Assembly: GCA_040222015.1 (NCBI GenBank)
Contig: JAVJWO010000130.1
Span: forward strand, 1 to 64,000
Reading direction: 5' to 3'
From: Coleofasciculus chthonoplastes F2-STO-03
Lineage (GTDB): Bacteria > Cyanobacteriota > Cyanobacteriia > Cyanobacteriales > Coleofasciculaceae
Length of the DNA: 64,000 bases
Shown here: piece after piece, positions 1 to 9,754 of the stretch
Numbering within the stretch: the first letter of the stretch is position 1
Layout of the letters: the number at the start of each line of letters is the position of its first letter
Position numbers and translations under genes: made by a program
The notes under the pieces: generated by a model
What the model was told of the DNA's origin: nothing
Seen by the model: the letters and a program-made list of their open reading frames with translations, nothing else
The model's database searches: none

Positions 1-128
1 ACCAATGACCAATGACAAATTAACAATGACCAATGACCAATGACCAATGACCAATGACCAATGACCAATGACCAATGACCAATGACCAATGACCAATGAC
101 CAATGACCAATGACCAATGACCAATGAC
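1..128. repeat. Heptamer short tandemly repeated repetitive (STRR) array (CCAATGA)n
   Basis: Near-perfect tandem CCAATGA units from the window start up to the stop codon of the WD40 gene. Confidence 0.95.
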
Positions 129-129
129 A

Positions 130-1416
130 TCAGCTCAAAACGTGCCAAACCTTAATCTTTTTATCAGAACTGCAACTGGCGATTGTTTTACCATCTCGGC
201 TCAACGCCACAGAAATAACTGAGCTAGAATGACCCCTTAAGGTGTGGATTTCTTCGCCGGTTTTCAGATGCCAAACCTTAATTGTATTGTCAGAACTGCC
301 ACTAACTAACATTTGTCCCCCTGGACTGACAGCAACCGATAAGACGGAATCTTCATGACCTGCAATTGTGCGGATTTCTTCCCCGGTTTTCAGATTCCAC
401 ACTCTAATCGTATCGTCATATCCGCCACTCACGACAGTTTGTCCATCGGGATTAATTGCCACCGACAAAACTGAATTTCTATGCCCAGTTAAGGTGCGGA
501 TTTCTTTCCCAGTTTTCAGATTCCAAACTTTAATCGTATCATCAGAACTGCCACTGACTAGATTCTGTCCATCTGGACTAATCGCCACTGACAATACGGC
601 GTCTGTATGACCAAACAAGGTGCGGATCTCATAGCCTGTGTTCAAATCCCACAGCTTAATGGTACCGTCAGAACTGGCACTGGCTACGGTTTTACGATTT
701 GGGCTAATCGTTACCGATAACACTGAGTCCAAATGTTCATCAGCCGTCATTATTTCTGTGCCAGTGTTTAAGTTCCACATTTTCAGAGTATTATCAGCAC
801 TGCCACTGACTAAGGTTTTACCATCCGGACTAATGGCAACAGAAATAACGGAGTCGGTATGTCCGGCAAGTGTGTGAATTATCTCCCTAGTTTGGAGATT
901 CCACAGTTTAATCAGGTTATCATAACCGCCACTAACTAAGGTTTCGCCGTCTGGACTAATGGCAACCGATAATACCGAGTCAGAAAAATCATTGAGCGTG
1001 AATTGATGTTCAATTAATTCATAATTTAAAACGGCGACTTCTAGGGGAGGTAATGGTGTTGACTCTTGATGACTTTCGGTGTTTAGTGTGGGTAAGGGCT
1101 GATCTAGTTGCGGCAGCAGTTGTTGGAGTTGCTCCCGTAAATCCTGCCGTTCCTGTTGTGCCTGCTGAAGCTGTTGTTCAATCTGGGCTAACTGTTCTTT
1201 CAGGGGAGAAAGGGTGTGCCAAACCCCTTGGGAAAATGACCATTTCGCCCACATCTGTCTCGCCCAATCTAATTGAACGGACTGCTGCTGCCAAAATTCT
1301 GAGGGTACAGACTGCGCCAAGGCGGGTGGATAGGGGGTCAAATCCCACCCACAGACAGAGCAACGATGCACATTACCTGGGATATATTGGGTTTGACAAA
1401 CAGGACATTCAGACAT
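130..1416 (-). CDS. WD40-repeat protein with N-terminal zinc ribbon and coiled coil
   Basis: CPVC...CSVC at the N-terminus, a Q-rich coiled coil, then seven GH..SV.SVAISPDG..LVSGS.D.TIK.W repeats. Confidence 0.92.
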   Translation of the reverse strand: MSECPVCQTQYIPGNVHRCSVCGWDLTPYPPALAQSVPSEFWQQQSVQLDWARQMWAKWSFSQGVWHTLSPLKEQLAQIEQQLQQAQQERQDLREQLQQLLPQLDQPLPTLNTESHQESTPLPPLEVAVLNYELIEHQFTLNDFSDSVLSVAISPDGETLVSGGYDNLIKLWNLQTREIIHTLAGHTDSVISVAISPDGKTLVSGSADNTLKMWNLNTGTEIMTADEHLDSVLSVTISPNRKTVASASSDGTIKLWDLNTGYEIRTLFGHTDAVLSVAISPDGQNLVSGSSDDTIKVWNLKTGKEIRTLTGHRNSVLSVAINPDGQTVVSGGYDDTIRVWNLKTGEEIRTIAGHEDSVLSVAVSPGGQMLVSGSSDNTIKVWHLKTGEEIHTLRGHSSSVISVALSRDGKTIASCSSDKKIKVWHVLS

Positions 1417-1625
1417 GGTTATCCTCTGTGATATAAATTACAGGCGTTGACACTGGATAACGACTATAACCGCTTACAATAGAAAAGCCAGGGTTTTCAG
1501 GAGAAATAACAGCGCCAAAGCTGACCAAAAGGTTAAGGAGAGAAACCTCCAGCACCGAATTGGCGGTTTGTCGATCGCTCTCCCCTCAAGTCTCTAGAAT
1601 TTTAGCGGCTGTAGGTTAGTTTAAA

Positions 1626-2111
1626 TTAAGCAATATCTGGAGGGAGGTTGCTAGGATATGACCGAGGTGCTGATTGAGTATGCTGGAGCTGAGTTTGCAC
1701 CAAGCGTTGCAGATCCTCTCGACGTACCTCGGTTCCGGCTGTTAAATTACCAGGTGTATCAAAGAAAACGGTGCTATTTACCGTGTCCAGGGCTAACATC
1801 TGGAACAAAATGTGAGTGACTGGCACGGGCATCGCCATGATTTGAGGGTCCCAATTGGATTGAAAATCAGCCGCGTCTTTGAGTGTAGGAAAAGCATAGA
1901 CAACATTTTTTTCGACCTCAGGCTGGGCACGATTACTCAGGGTCGTTACCACCCAACCTTGATCTAGGGTTTGGAGAATATGATAGTCCGAGTGGTGTAA
2001 CTGACTGGCAAGCGTGGTTAGGACAGGGGCAATCGCCTCAACCATTTTCGGCGTCGTCCCGTCATCCGGGGCATTGTCAATCAGAGCTTGAATTTGTTCG
2101 GTTAAATCCAT
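1626..2111 (-). CDS. Hypothetical protein divergent from hetZ
   Basis: 161-aa ORF with ATG start, GAGG upstream on the minus strand and normal composition. Confidence 0.75.
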   Translation of the reverse strand: MDLTEQIQALIDNAPDDGTTPKMVEAIAPVLTTLASQLHHSDYHILQTLDQGWVVTTLSNRAQPEVEKNVVYAFPTLKDAADFQSNWDPQIMAMPVPVTHILFQMLALDTVNSTVFFDTPGNLTAGTEVRREDLQRLVQTQLQHTQSAPRSYPSNLPPDIA

Positions 2112-2209
2112 CGAGCGATCCTCTTTTCAAGTACCTCTTACTGCTATGTATGAGTCTAAACCCAGATGAAAACGGTTGTTGATGTGTGTGTTAGGGTCTT
2201 TGTGAAAGA

Positions 2210-3382
2210 ATGAACATCATGAGGGAAGTCTGCCAGGGCGTGGAGGCTATTTTTCAACTGCTATTTAACGAACTCCGGCAGTCTACGACGGCATCCGAGC
2301 AGAACTGTCGGGATGTAGCAGCACGTTTAGCGAACGAAGTTACTCGAATTTGTAATGAAAGCCATCGAATTAAGACATCTGGAGATGTTGAAAGCTGGGC
2401 AAAGACCCTAGCCAACCATCGCCTCAAACAAGTCTTAAAGTATTACCGCCTTGGATCTCATCGGGGACGAATCGACCTTCAGAGTACGTTGAGTGCGATC
2501 GTCTACCGCTATATTACCCCGTCTCAAACCCCCGCGAGCTATCAAGCCCGCGTTACCCTGATTGAAGATTTCTTACAGGGATTTTATGTGGAATCCTTAA
2601 ATGCCTTTCGGCGTGAGACATCCATTGACGAGAATTATCGTCCGCGATCGCTACTAGAGTTATCGGAGTACATGGCGTTTACCGAACGGTATGCCAAGCG
2701 GCGTATTCCCTTACCCGGACGGCGATCCCAGCAACTGCTAATTTTGCGGGCGCAAACTTTTTCTCAACAGCAACCCCCAGAAACCTCCGTAGACATGGAT
2801 ACCGCCGCCGAAGGGGGTACTCCCGATTCAGAAAATACCTGGAACGATGCCGCGATTCAGCAGGTGCGAGAGGTGATGGTGGCGTCTGAACCTGAACCCT
2901 TAGAAGCGAACCTGCGGGATAAGGTGGTTGAGGAATTGTTCGCCTATCTCGAAGAACGGCAACAACACGATTGTGCCGACTACTTCACCCTGCGCCTACA
3001 AGACTTGCCGACAAGCGAAATTGAGGAGATATTAGGATTAACCCCCCGTCAGAGGGATTACTTACAGCAACGATTTAAGTATCATTTAATTCGGTTTGCC
3101 CTTTCTCACCGTTGGGAACTTGTCCATCAATGGTTAGAAGCCGACTTAGAGAAAAATCTGGGGTTAACCCCCCACCAGTGGCAGCTATTTCAGAACAAAA
3201 TTGATCCCCAACAGGGGGAATTGCTGCACCACAAGCAGCAGGGTCATTCTACCCAAGAAATAGCCCAAGCGCTAGGTTGTACAGTGACTCAGGTTGACAA
3301 GCGATGGTTTAAATTGCTGGAAATTGCCTGGGATATTCGCAATCGTTCAGTATCCGGATCAGGTGCATCTGAAGATGAATAG
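2210..3382 (+). CDS. hetZ: HetZ (heterocyst differentiation regulator homolog)
   Basis: Motifs IFQLLF.EL.QST.ASEQNC.DVA, LSAIVYRYI, EYMAFTERY.KRRIPLPG, LRAQTFSQQQPPETSVD and a C-terminal HTH, as recalled for Anabaena Alr0099. Confidence 0.88.
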   Translation: MNIMREVCQGVEAIFQLLFNELRQSTTASEQNCRDVAARLANEVTRICNESHRIKTSGDVESWAKTLANHRLKQVLKYYRLGSHRGRIDLQSTLSAIVYRYITPSQTPASYQARVTLIEDFLQGFYVESLNAFRRETSIDENYRPRSLLELSEYMAFTERYAKRRIPLPGRRSQQLLILRAQTFSQQQPPETSVDMDTAAEGGTPDSENTWNDAAIQQVREVMVASEPEPLEANLRDKVVEELFAYLEERQQHDCADYFTLRLQDLPTSEIEEILGLTPRQRDYLQQRFKYHLIRFALSHRWELVHQWLEADLEKNLGLTPHQWQLFQNKIDPQQGELLHHKQQGHSTQEIAQALGCTVTQVDKRWFKLLEIAWDIRNRSVSGSGASEDE

Positions 3383-4490
3383 TGACATAAACAATAACTC
3401 GGACACCCTATACAGCCGCTTAATGGCTTGGCTGCTACAAGAGTCCGTTCCTGCTGCTACACCATCAGTCCATGGGCAACCCGACGGGTTAGACCCTATC
3501 GATGAGCTAGAAGCAGCGGATTTTCAATTTGATGAGTTAGATCCACTGGACTTTGAAGACGTGAACATTGCACCCACTATAACTGGCGAAATCGCTAATG
3601 ACCACACACGAGTGGGTTCAGAAGACATTCCTACTCGTGAGGACATCGAACTGGGCGGTACAACCCGCCCCTACAACTTGGGAGATATGCCGATCGTGCA
3701 AAATCGTTTTGAGGCGCTAATTAAGCGCAAACTGCAAGTAGAAATTGAACGTCATCCCCCCTTATTCCCCTGGGAGACGGACATCTATGAATACGAACCT
3801 GATATCTCAGACAGCGTAGCCTCGACTGGGGTTCCATCGGTTCAAGTATGGACACCCCAACTCTTGAACCTACCCCTACCTGTCCCCATCCCGGAAAACG
3901 TTTTAGTCACCCTATTTAACGCTTGTTCGGAGTCAGTCTATTCCCCCTATCAATTGGGGCGAAAAATGGTCAAGGCTGTGGAAAACTTATTCCCCGCCCA
4001 ATTCCAGTTGCTGAATAATCAAGCGCAAATGGTACTGTTGTCTTCGGGATCGGGTCGTGACCCTGAACAACTGCAACTGTTGCTCAAGGAACTTCCATCT
4101 CCATCCTATGACGAGGCAACTCCAGAGCAACAAATGATTCTGGCATTGTTAGCGGCTAAAGAAATTATTAGCACGTTGACTGTATCCCTTTCACCCAACC
4201 AGCCTTCGGTTGAACGCCAATGGCAAACCTCTGTCGGCGTTATCACCGTCCAGGCAGAGTACCAGATCCAAGAAGGTGTTCCCACCCTGCGGGTGATCAG
4301 CAATCTACCCGAAAGTGGCAGTTTGACCTTGCGTACACCTGAAGGTTCAGCCGTATCAGAGCGCACCTATCCCGGCTATGTGAGTGTTGAAGCTTTTGAT
4401 TTGCCGCCGAATCAAACCTATCCCCTGGAAATTCGGTTCCAAGACTCAGACCAAAACCCCTTGGTTTTTGCGATTTACCCAACAATGTAA
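3375..4490 (+). CDS. patU: PatU (single ORF covering the PatU5 and PatU3 regions)
   Basis: MNSD...LMAWLL start overlapping the hetZ stop (ATGAATAG); VQ.RF.AL.KRKLQ.EIE.HPPLFPWET motif; position directly after hetZ. Confidence 0.8.
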   Translation: MNSDINNNSDTLYSRLMAWLLQESVPAATPSVHGQPDGLDPIDELEAADFQFDELDPLDFEDVNIAPTITGEIANDHTRVGSEDIPTREDIELGGTTRPYNLGDMPIVQNRFEALIKRKLQVEIERHPPLFPWETDIYEYEPDISDSVASTGVPSVQVWTPQLLNLPLPVPIPENVLVTLFNACSESVYSPYQLGRKMVKAVENLFPAQFQLLNNQAQMVLLSSGSGRDPEQLQLLLKELPSPSYDEATPEQQMILALLAAKEIISTLTVSLSPNQPSVERQWQTSVGVITVQAEYQIQEGVPTLRVISNLPESGSLTLRTPEGSAVSERTYPGYVSVEAFDLPPNQTYPLEIRFQDSDQNPLVFAIYPTM

Positions 4491-4620
4491 GGGGTAAGGG
4501 TTAAGTGCTAGCTGTTAGACTTGGGAGCTTCTCTCACTCCCGACTGTGGACTTAGATACAATAGATTGAACCCGTGAATTTAATCTAACAGCCATCTCGC
4601 GCACAAGAGAGTCAATTGTT

Positions 4621-6942
4621 ATGTCGAACCCTTCAGGGATGCAGCGAATCCGGCGTCTACCTGGTCTAAATCAGGTGTGGCAACGTCTTGGCACAATGCC
4701 ACTGCCTCAAACCGAAGACTCGATAGGATTACGAGTCTTAGTCCAGGGGCTAGTGATTGTCGGAATTATCGCCACCGATATTGCTGCTGAAACCCAGATG
4801 AGTGTCTGGGCTATACCCCTCTCTATTGGAGGAGCAACCTGGAGTTGGTATCGTCGCCGCCATCGCAACATTGCGGTTAAGTTCTTTTTGGCGATTGGGA
4901 TGCTAATCGCTATGGGGGTATTCTTTAATAATTTATTAGCCAGCCTCAATGATACCCGCCTCGTTCTCGCAGAATTATTGATTCAAGTACAAGTTCTCCA
5001 CAGCTTTGACTTGCCCCGGCGCAAGGATTTAGGCTATTCGATGGTAATCGGGCTGATTTTGTTGGGGGTGGCAGGAACCCTGAGCCAAACCTTAGCGTTT
5101 GCCCCGCTGCTGTTGATATTTTTAGCTATTGCGTTACCCACACTAATCCTCGATTACCAATCCCGTATCGGTTTATCACCTAAACCCAAGCCGAAAAATT
5201 CCCGGAAAAAAATTAAACGTTCCTCGCCGCTTTCACTACGACGATTAAGTATTTTTTTGTTAGTAGTTATCGCCCTGGGTTTAGGGATTTTTGCCCTAAT
5301 GCCTCGATTTCCCGGTTATCAACTGCAAACCTTTCCGGTGAGTGCGCCCATGGATTTGGATGAGCGCTCGTTTGAGGGGAATAATCGAGGCGTTAATAAT
5401 CCCGGATATCAGGGTGACGGGGATGGTTCTGGTGGTGAGGGAAGCGCTCCCCGTCGAGGTGCGGGTGAAATGGATGAAACGTTTTACTATGGCTTTGGCA
5501 ACCAAATTAACCAGAATCTCCGAGGTATCCTTAAGCCAAAAGTCGTCTTGCGGGTGCGTTCCCAAGCGCCTGGATTTTGGCGCGTGCAGGCGTTTGACCA
5601 GTATACGGGTCAAGGATGGGAGTTGTCTCGCGAAGATCAGGTATTGGAGGTGACTCGTCCGACTTGGTCTTATCGATTTCAACTATATCCGACTAGCTTT
5701 AATTTGGGTCGGACGAAAACGGTAATTCAAAGTTATACGGCCGTATCGGAACTGCCAAATATTATTCCCGCCCTAAGTTATCCGAAGCGACTCTATTATC
5801 CCACCAGGGAAGTAGCTATTGACACAGAAGGCAGTTTGCGATCGCCTCTAGCTTTACTGGAAGGATTAACCTATACGGTAGTATCTGAAGTACCCGTGCG
5901 CGATCGCACCCGACTCCAACAAGCCCCGGAAACTTATCCCGACAATATCCAAAACTACTATCTTGACGTTCCACCGGACATCGCCGATAAGGTGCGTGAA
6001 AAAACCGAGCAACTCTTAGCCACTTCCCCCAAACCCCTCACCTCCGCCTCCGAGAAGGCGCTGTATTTGGCTCAAGCCGTAAAGCAACGGTATCGTATTC
6101 CCGATAATCCCTTTGAACTTCCCTATTTACAAGAAGATGAGGATTTAGTCGAAGCGTTTCTATTTAAGCATGAAGGCGGTTATCCGGATCACTTTTCCAC
6201 TGCCCTAACTATAATGCTACGTTCGATTGGGATTCCAGCGCGGTTAGTTGTGGGATTTGGTACCGGTCAATTTAATCCTTTCACTGGCTTATATGTGGTC
6301 AAAAATACCGATGCTTACGCCATGACGGAAGTTTATTTCCCCAACTATGGCTGGTTTGCCTTTGACCCCATTCCTGGACACGAATTAGTTCCCCAAAGTG
6401 TAGAAGATACGGAAACCTTTAGCGTGCTGCGTCAGTTTTGGCAGTGGGTTGCTGGATGGCTACCCACACCCGTAAGCAATTTTATCGGAGAATTGTGGAA
6501 TCTAATTATTGGTTCGCTGCTGCGGCTAATCGTGCGACTGTGGGCGATATTCTCCAGTGGTTGGATGGGATTGTTTGGCGGATTAATTTTCGCGATCGCG
6601 CTGGGGTTCGTCGGTTGGTTAAGCTGGGTACAGTGGCAAACCTGGCGTTACCGTCGCTGGTTAGGGAAATTACCACCCATGGAACGGCTTTACCAGCAAA
6701 TGTTAAAGGTTTTGAAGGCTAGAGGATATATTAAGCACCCCGCCCAGACACCGTTAGAATATGCTAGGGTCATGCGTCAGCAGCAATCCTCTGACTCAGC
6801 CACCGTGATTGATGACATTTCTCAGGCTTATGTACGCTGGCGTTATGGTAAACAAACGCCGAATATCGATGAGCTGCGACAGCGACTGCGGGAGTGGATT
6901 AAAACGACTCGCCGATTGCCAAACAGAAGTCTGAGACGGTGA
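4621..6942 (+). CDS. Transglutaminase-like membrane protein (TgpA family; DUF3488, transglutaminase-like, DUF4129)
   Basis: N-terminal TM helices, MLRSIGIPARLVVGF and W..FDP.P transglutaminase-like core, C-terminal QTPLEYA...Y..WRYG. Confidence 0.85.
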   Translation: MSNPSGMQRIRRLPGLNQVWQRLGTMPLPQTEDSIGLRVLVQGLVIVGIIATDIAAETQMSVWAIPLSIGGATWSWYRRRHRNIAVKFFLAIGMLIAMGVFFNNLLASLNDTRLVLAELLIQVQVLHSFDLPRRKDLGYSMVIGLILLGVAGTLSQTLAFAPLLLIFLAIALPTLILDYQSRIGLSPKPKPKNSRKKIKRSSPLSLRRLSIFLLVVIALGLGIFALMPRFPGYQLQTFPVSAPMDLDERSFEGNNRGVNNPGYQGDGDGSGGEGSAPRRGAGEMDETFYYGFGNQINQNLRGILKPKVVLRVRSQAPGFWRVQAFDQYTGQGWELSREDQVLEVTRPTWSYRFQLYPTSFNLGRTKTVIQSYTAVSELPNIIPALSYPKRLYYPTREVAIDTEGSLRSPLALLEGLTYTVVSEVPVRDRTRLQQAPETYPDNIQNYYLDVPPDIADKVREKTEQLLATSPKPLTSASEKALYLAQAVKQRYRIPDNPFELPYLQEDEDLVEAFLFKHEGGYPDHFSTALTIMLRSIGIPARLVVGFGTGQFNPFTGLYVVKNTDAYAMTEVYFPNYGWFAFDPIPGHELVPQSVEDTETFSVLRQFWQWVAGWLPTPVSNFIGELWNLIIGSLLRLIVRLWAIFSSGWMGLFGGLIFAIALGFVGWLSWVQWQTWRYRRWLGKLPPMERLYQQMLKVLKARGYIKHPAQTPLEYARVMRQQQSSDSATVIDDISQAYVRWRYGKQTPNIDELRQRLREWIKTTRRLPNRSLRR

Positions 6943-7030
6943 ACTTTTCGGGAAAATCTCGAATTGGTACAGGAATTGAGTTATTCTTTGCCTGTCATCT
7001 TTCCCTAAACAAACCTTTTAGGAGTTTCTT

Positions 7031-7339
7031 ATGTCTACTGAAGCCATTCCCGTCAAACCTGCTGTCTTAATCACGATTATCAGTGAATCTGTACTCAAAG
7101 AGCGGTTAATCAAACTGCTCAAAAGCAAAGGGGTAACGGGATATACCATCAACGATGTCCTCGGTGAAGGGGGTCATGGCAGGCGGATGGGAGATATTGT
7201 GGGGTATAACACCAACATTGAGATGAAAAGCGTTGTCTCCGCAGAAGTCTCTGACGAGATCTTCCAAACCTTAGTCGAAATGGAGAATAGTCATGCTTTA
7301 ATTGCTTTCCGTCATGATGTAGAAGTGTTGAATAATTAA
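7031..7339 (+). CDS. PII-like signalling protein (SbtB-like)
   Basis: 102 aa; GVTGYTI..V.GEG.HG.R and NIE motifs typical of PII/SbtB-like proteins; AGGAG RBS. Confidence 0.75.
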   Translation: MSTEAIPVKPAVLITIISESVLKERLIKLLKSKGVTGYTINDVLGEGGHGRRMGDIVGYNTNIEMKSVVSAEVSDEIFQTLVEMENSHALIAFRHDVEVLNN

Positions 7340-7353
7340 GAACAGTGGACACA

Positions 7354-7452
7354 TATAGCGCTACGCGCAAGTCAAAAGTCAAAAGTCAAAAGTTAACTCC
7401 AACAGGGTTTGGTGCTTTTACATAAGTCCTAACCTTAATGCGTAGTGCTATA
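7354..7452. mobile_element. MITE-like element with terminal inverted repeats
   Basis: TATAGCGCTACGC ... GCGTAGTGCTATA termini; internal (GTCAAAA)3 heptamers. Confidence 0.7.
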
Positions 7453-7473
7453 ACTTAGGACAAGCAAACTGTG

Positions 7474-7502
7474 GTAGAGACGTTCCGGCGGAACGTCTCT
7501 AC
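7474..7502. repeat. GTAG-type REP-like palindrome
   Basis: GTAGAGACGTTCCGGCGGAACGTCTCTAC; related copies at 22101 and 50515. Confidence 0.85.
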
Positions 7503-8003
7503 TAAATTATTATGGGTTTTGTCCGATATCAGCGGTTGCTCTATTATCCTGGTCGAAGAAAAGGGTAAATGTACCTTTTATTTTCCAATCGATAGAAAAA
7601 ATGGGGGATTCCTGAAGAGCTAATCGTGATTTTGGATGCTTGATTGAAGACCAAAAACAAGACATAGTTTAACTAATCCCCCAGATAGACGTTGGCAGAA
7701 TACTCAATTGGCGCTATGATTGACACCTAAAATCAGTCAAATACTTATACAATAACCGGAACAGACTTCAGTACAGCGCCAAAGACCAACAGCGTTAAGA
7801 TAGGATGTCATCGGGATTTTCCCACGCTTTTTATATTGTCCTATTCATGCCTGCAAGAAGGCTGTCCGGACGTTTGCAACTTAGTTATGGAAGCATGGAT
7901 GGTCAAAAGTGTTTCAATAGCTACTTGAAGACCATAAGTGTAGAGACTACCTCCGATTGGACTATATCTTTAGTAAAAAGTGATGCTCCCAAACCCTGAT
8001 GTG

Positions 8004-9461
8004 ATGACAGCACGCCCCTTCCCCAGCCAACCCCCTAATTCAGCGAATGGCACGCCTTATATCGCTGCTTCTGACAGAACACCCGTTTCCGCACTCAAAG
8101 AACTTGTGGCTTGCCTGCACCGAGAACAACACAAAATCCAAGATTTGTTAAGTTCGCTGGGATTTGCCTTACGCAGCTTCAACAATTTGAATCAATTTTT
8201 AGAATTAATTCCCTTGATGTCAGCAAGGGTTACCGATACGGAGGGAGGCGCATTGGTTTTGTTAAAACCAAATGGTCAACTCCGGCTACAACAGATGCAT
8301 TGCCAAGATAATCAAGAGTGTCAAACCTTGCGTCCAGCACTTGAACGGGCAACTCAGACGATCACGGCTCAAGGCAATGAAGATGGAAAATTGACAATGA
8401 GTCCAGAACAGTTGGACGCAATTTGGTCATCATTTGACGATCGGGTCAATCGTTATTTAGACACAGATATTCAGTTATTTGGCACACCCATTTTAATTAA
8501 AAATGTCGAACGCGGGCGTTTGTATGTGTTTACTGATGACCTGAATTATAGCTGGACGCCAACTCGACAGAAGTTAGTGCGTTTGGTAGCCGATCAAACA
8601 GCCGTCGCGATCGCGAATGATGAACTAACTGTAGAACTTCGCAAAAAAGAACGCTTAGATCGAGAGTTAGAAATTGGCGCGGAAATCCAATTACGCCTCC
8701 TCCCCCGTCAATGTCCCTCGATTAAAGGAATTGAATTGGCGGCTCAGTGTCAGACAGCAAGTCGAGTCGGTGGGGACTATTATGATTTTATTCCCACCAA
8801 CTACGATCAACTTCGCCCAACCCAACCCGGTGAGAATCAAGCGCTGGATCAGCACAAAGCCTCTGTACCCTGGAGCGTTGTCATTGGTGATGTGATGGGC
8901 AAAGGTGTACCAGCCGGCTTGATTATGACAATGACGCGGGGTATGTTGCGAGCAGAAGTGTTAAACCGTCACTCCCCAGCCCGCATCCTGGAACATCTAA
9001 ATCGGGTAATGTATGCTGATTTGGAAAATTCAAATCGATTTGTCACCCTGTTTTATTCAGAGTACGATCCTCAAACCCGCATGTTGTCCTATAGCAATGC
9101 TGCCCATAACCCCCCTTTCTTATGGAAAGCATCCACCCATTCCATCCAACGTCTGGATACCGATGGGATGTTGATTGGCTTAGAGGCAGATTCTCAGTAT
9201 GAAGATGATCAAATCTTACTCGATGTCGGAGACACGATTATCTATTACACGGATGGATTTACTGATGTCGCCAATCAACACGGCGATCGCTTTGATGAGG
9301 AAAATCTGATTGAAGCCTTTAGGTGGGCGTGCGAACATCGCCAAGGCTCCCAACCCATCCTAGATTATCTATTTGAGCGGGTGGGAGAGTTTATGGGCGG
9401 GAAAAACCGTAACGGAGATGATATGACCTTGGTCGTGTTGCAGGTAAAATCAACCGAGTAA
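8004..9461 (+). CDS. GAF plus PP2C/SpoIIE Ser/Thr phosphatase (RsbU/Slr2031-like)
   Basis: VGGDYYDF, IGDVMGKGVPAG, YTDG and DDMT motifs; GAF-like N-terminal half. Start may be 7980-8004. Confidence 0.9.
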   Translation: MTARPFPSQPPNSANGTPYIAASDRTPVSALKELVACLHREQHKIQDLLSSLGFALRSFNNLNQFLELIPLMSARVTDTEGGALVLLKPNGQLRLQQMHCQDNQECQTLRPALERATQTITAQGNEDGKLTMSPEQLDAIWSSFDDRVNRYLDTDIQLFGTPILIKNVERGRLYVFTDDLNYSWTPTRQKLVRLVADQTAVAIANDELTVELRKKERLDRELEIGAEIQLRLLPRQCPSIKGIELAAQCQTASRVGGDYYDFIPTNYDQLRPTQPGENQALDQHKASVPWSVVIGDVMGKGVPAGLIMTMTRGMLRAEVLNRHSPARILEHLNRVMYADLENSNRFVTLFYSEYDPQTRMLSYSNAAHNPPFLWKASTHSIQRLDTDGMLIGLEADSQYEDDQILLDVGDTIIYYTDGFTDVANQHGDRFDEENLIEAFRWACEHRQGSQPILDYLFERVGEFMGGKNRNGDDMTLVVLQVKSTE

Positions 9462-9479
9462 CCTATTTATAAGGCTGTT

Positions 9480-9710
9480 ATGGAAGTGCAAGTTGTAACG
9501 TCAGTTGTCCATAGTCTTCATCCCCTGATTGACCTGGTGAGTCCATGGCTAACCGATGGACTGGTGTTAGCCCAGCAAGTTGAAGATCCGGATGTTTTGG
9601 GTCAAATGCAACAGGCGTTTAATAATTTCATTGAATCGGGTCAAGTCTGGGCATTTTTGATTGGTTTAGTTATCGGTTATATTTTTCGGGGGATGAGTTC
9701 GTTTGGGTGA
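9480..9710 (+). CDS. Small membrane protein
   Basis: 76 aa with a C-terminal hydrophobic helix (FIESGQVWAFLIGLVIGY), co-oriented between the phosphatase gene and argH. Confidence 0.7.
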   Translation: MEVQVVTSVVHSLHPLIDLVSPWLTDGLVLAQQVEDPDVLGQMQQAFNNFIESGQVWAFLIGLVIGYIFRGMSSFG

Positions 9711-9754
9711 TTTGTCCTTTGTCTTATGTCCTTTGTCATTGGTGAATCGGTATT

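Noticed and set aside
130..1416. Diversity-generating retroelement acting on the WD40 or PA14 repeats
   Set aside because: No reverse transcriptase in the window, and the repeat differences are not visibly adenine-specific
368..1436. Plus-strand ORFs within the WD40 gene
   Set aside because: Antisense shadows of the repetitive WD40 coding sequence
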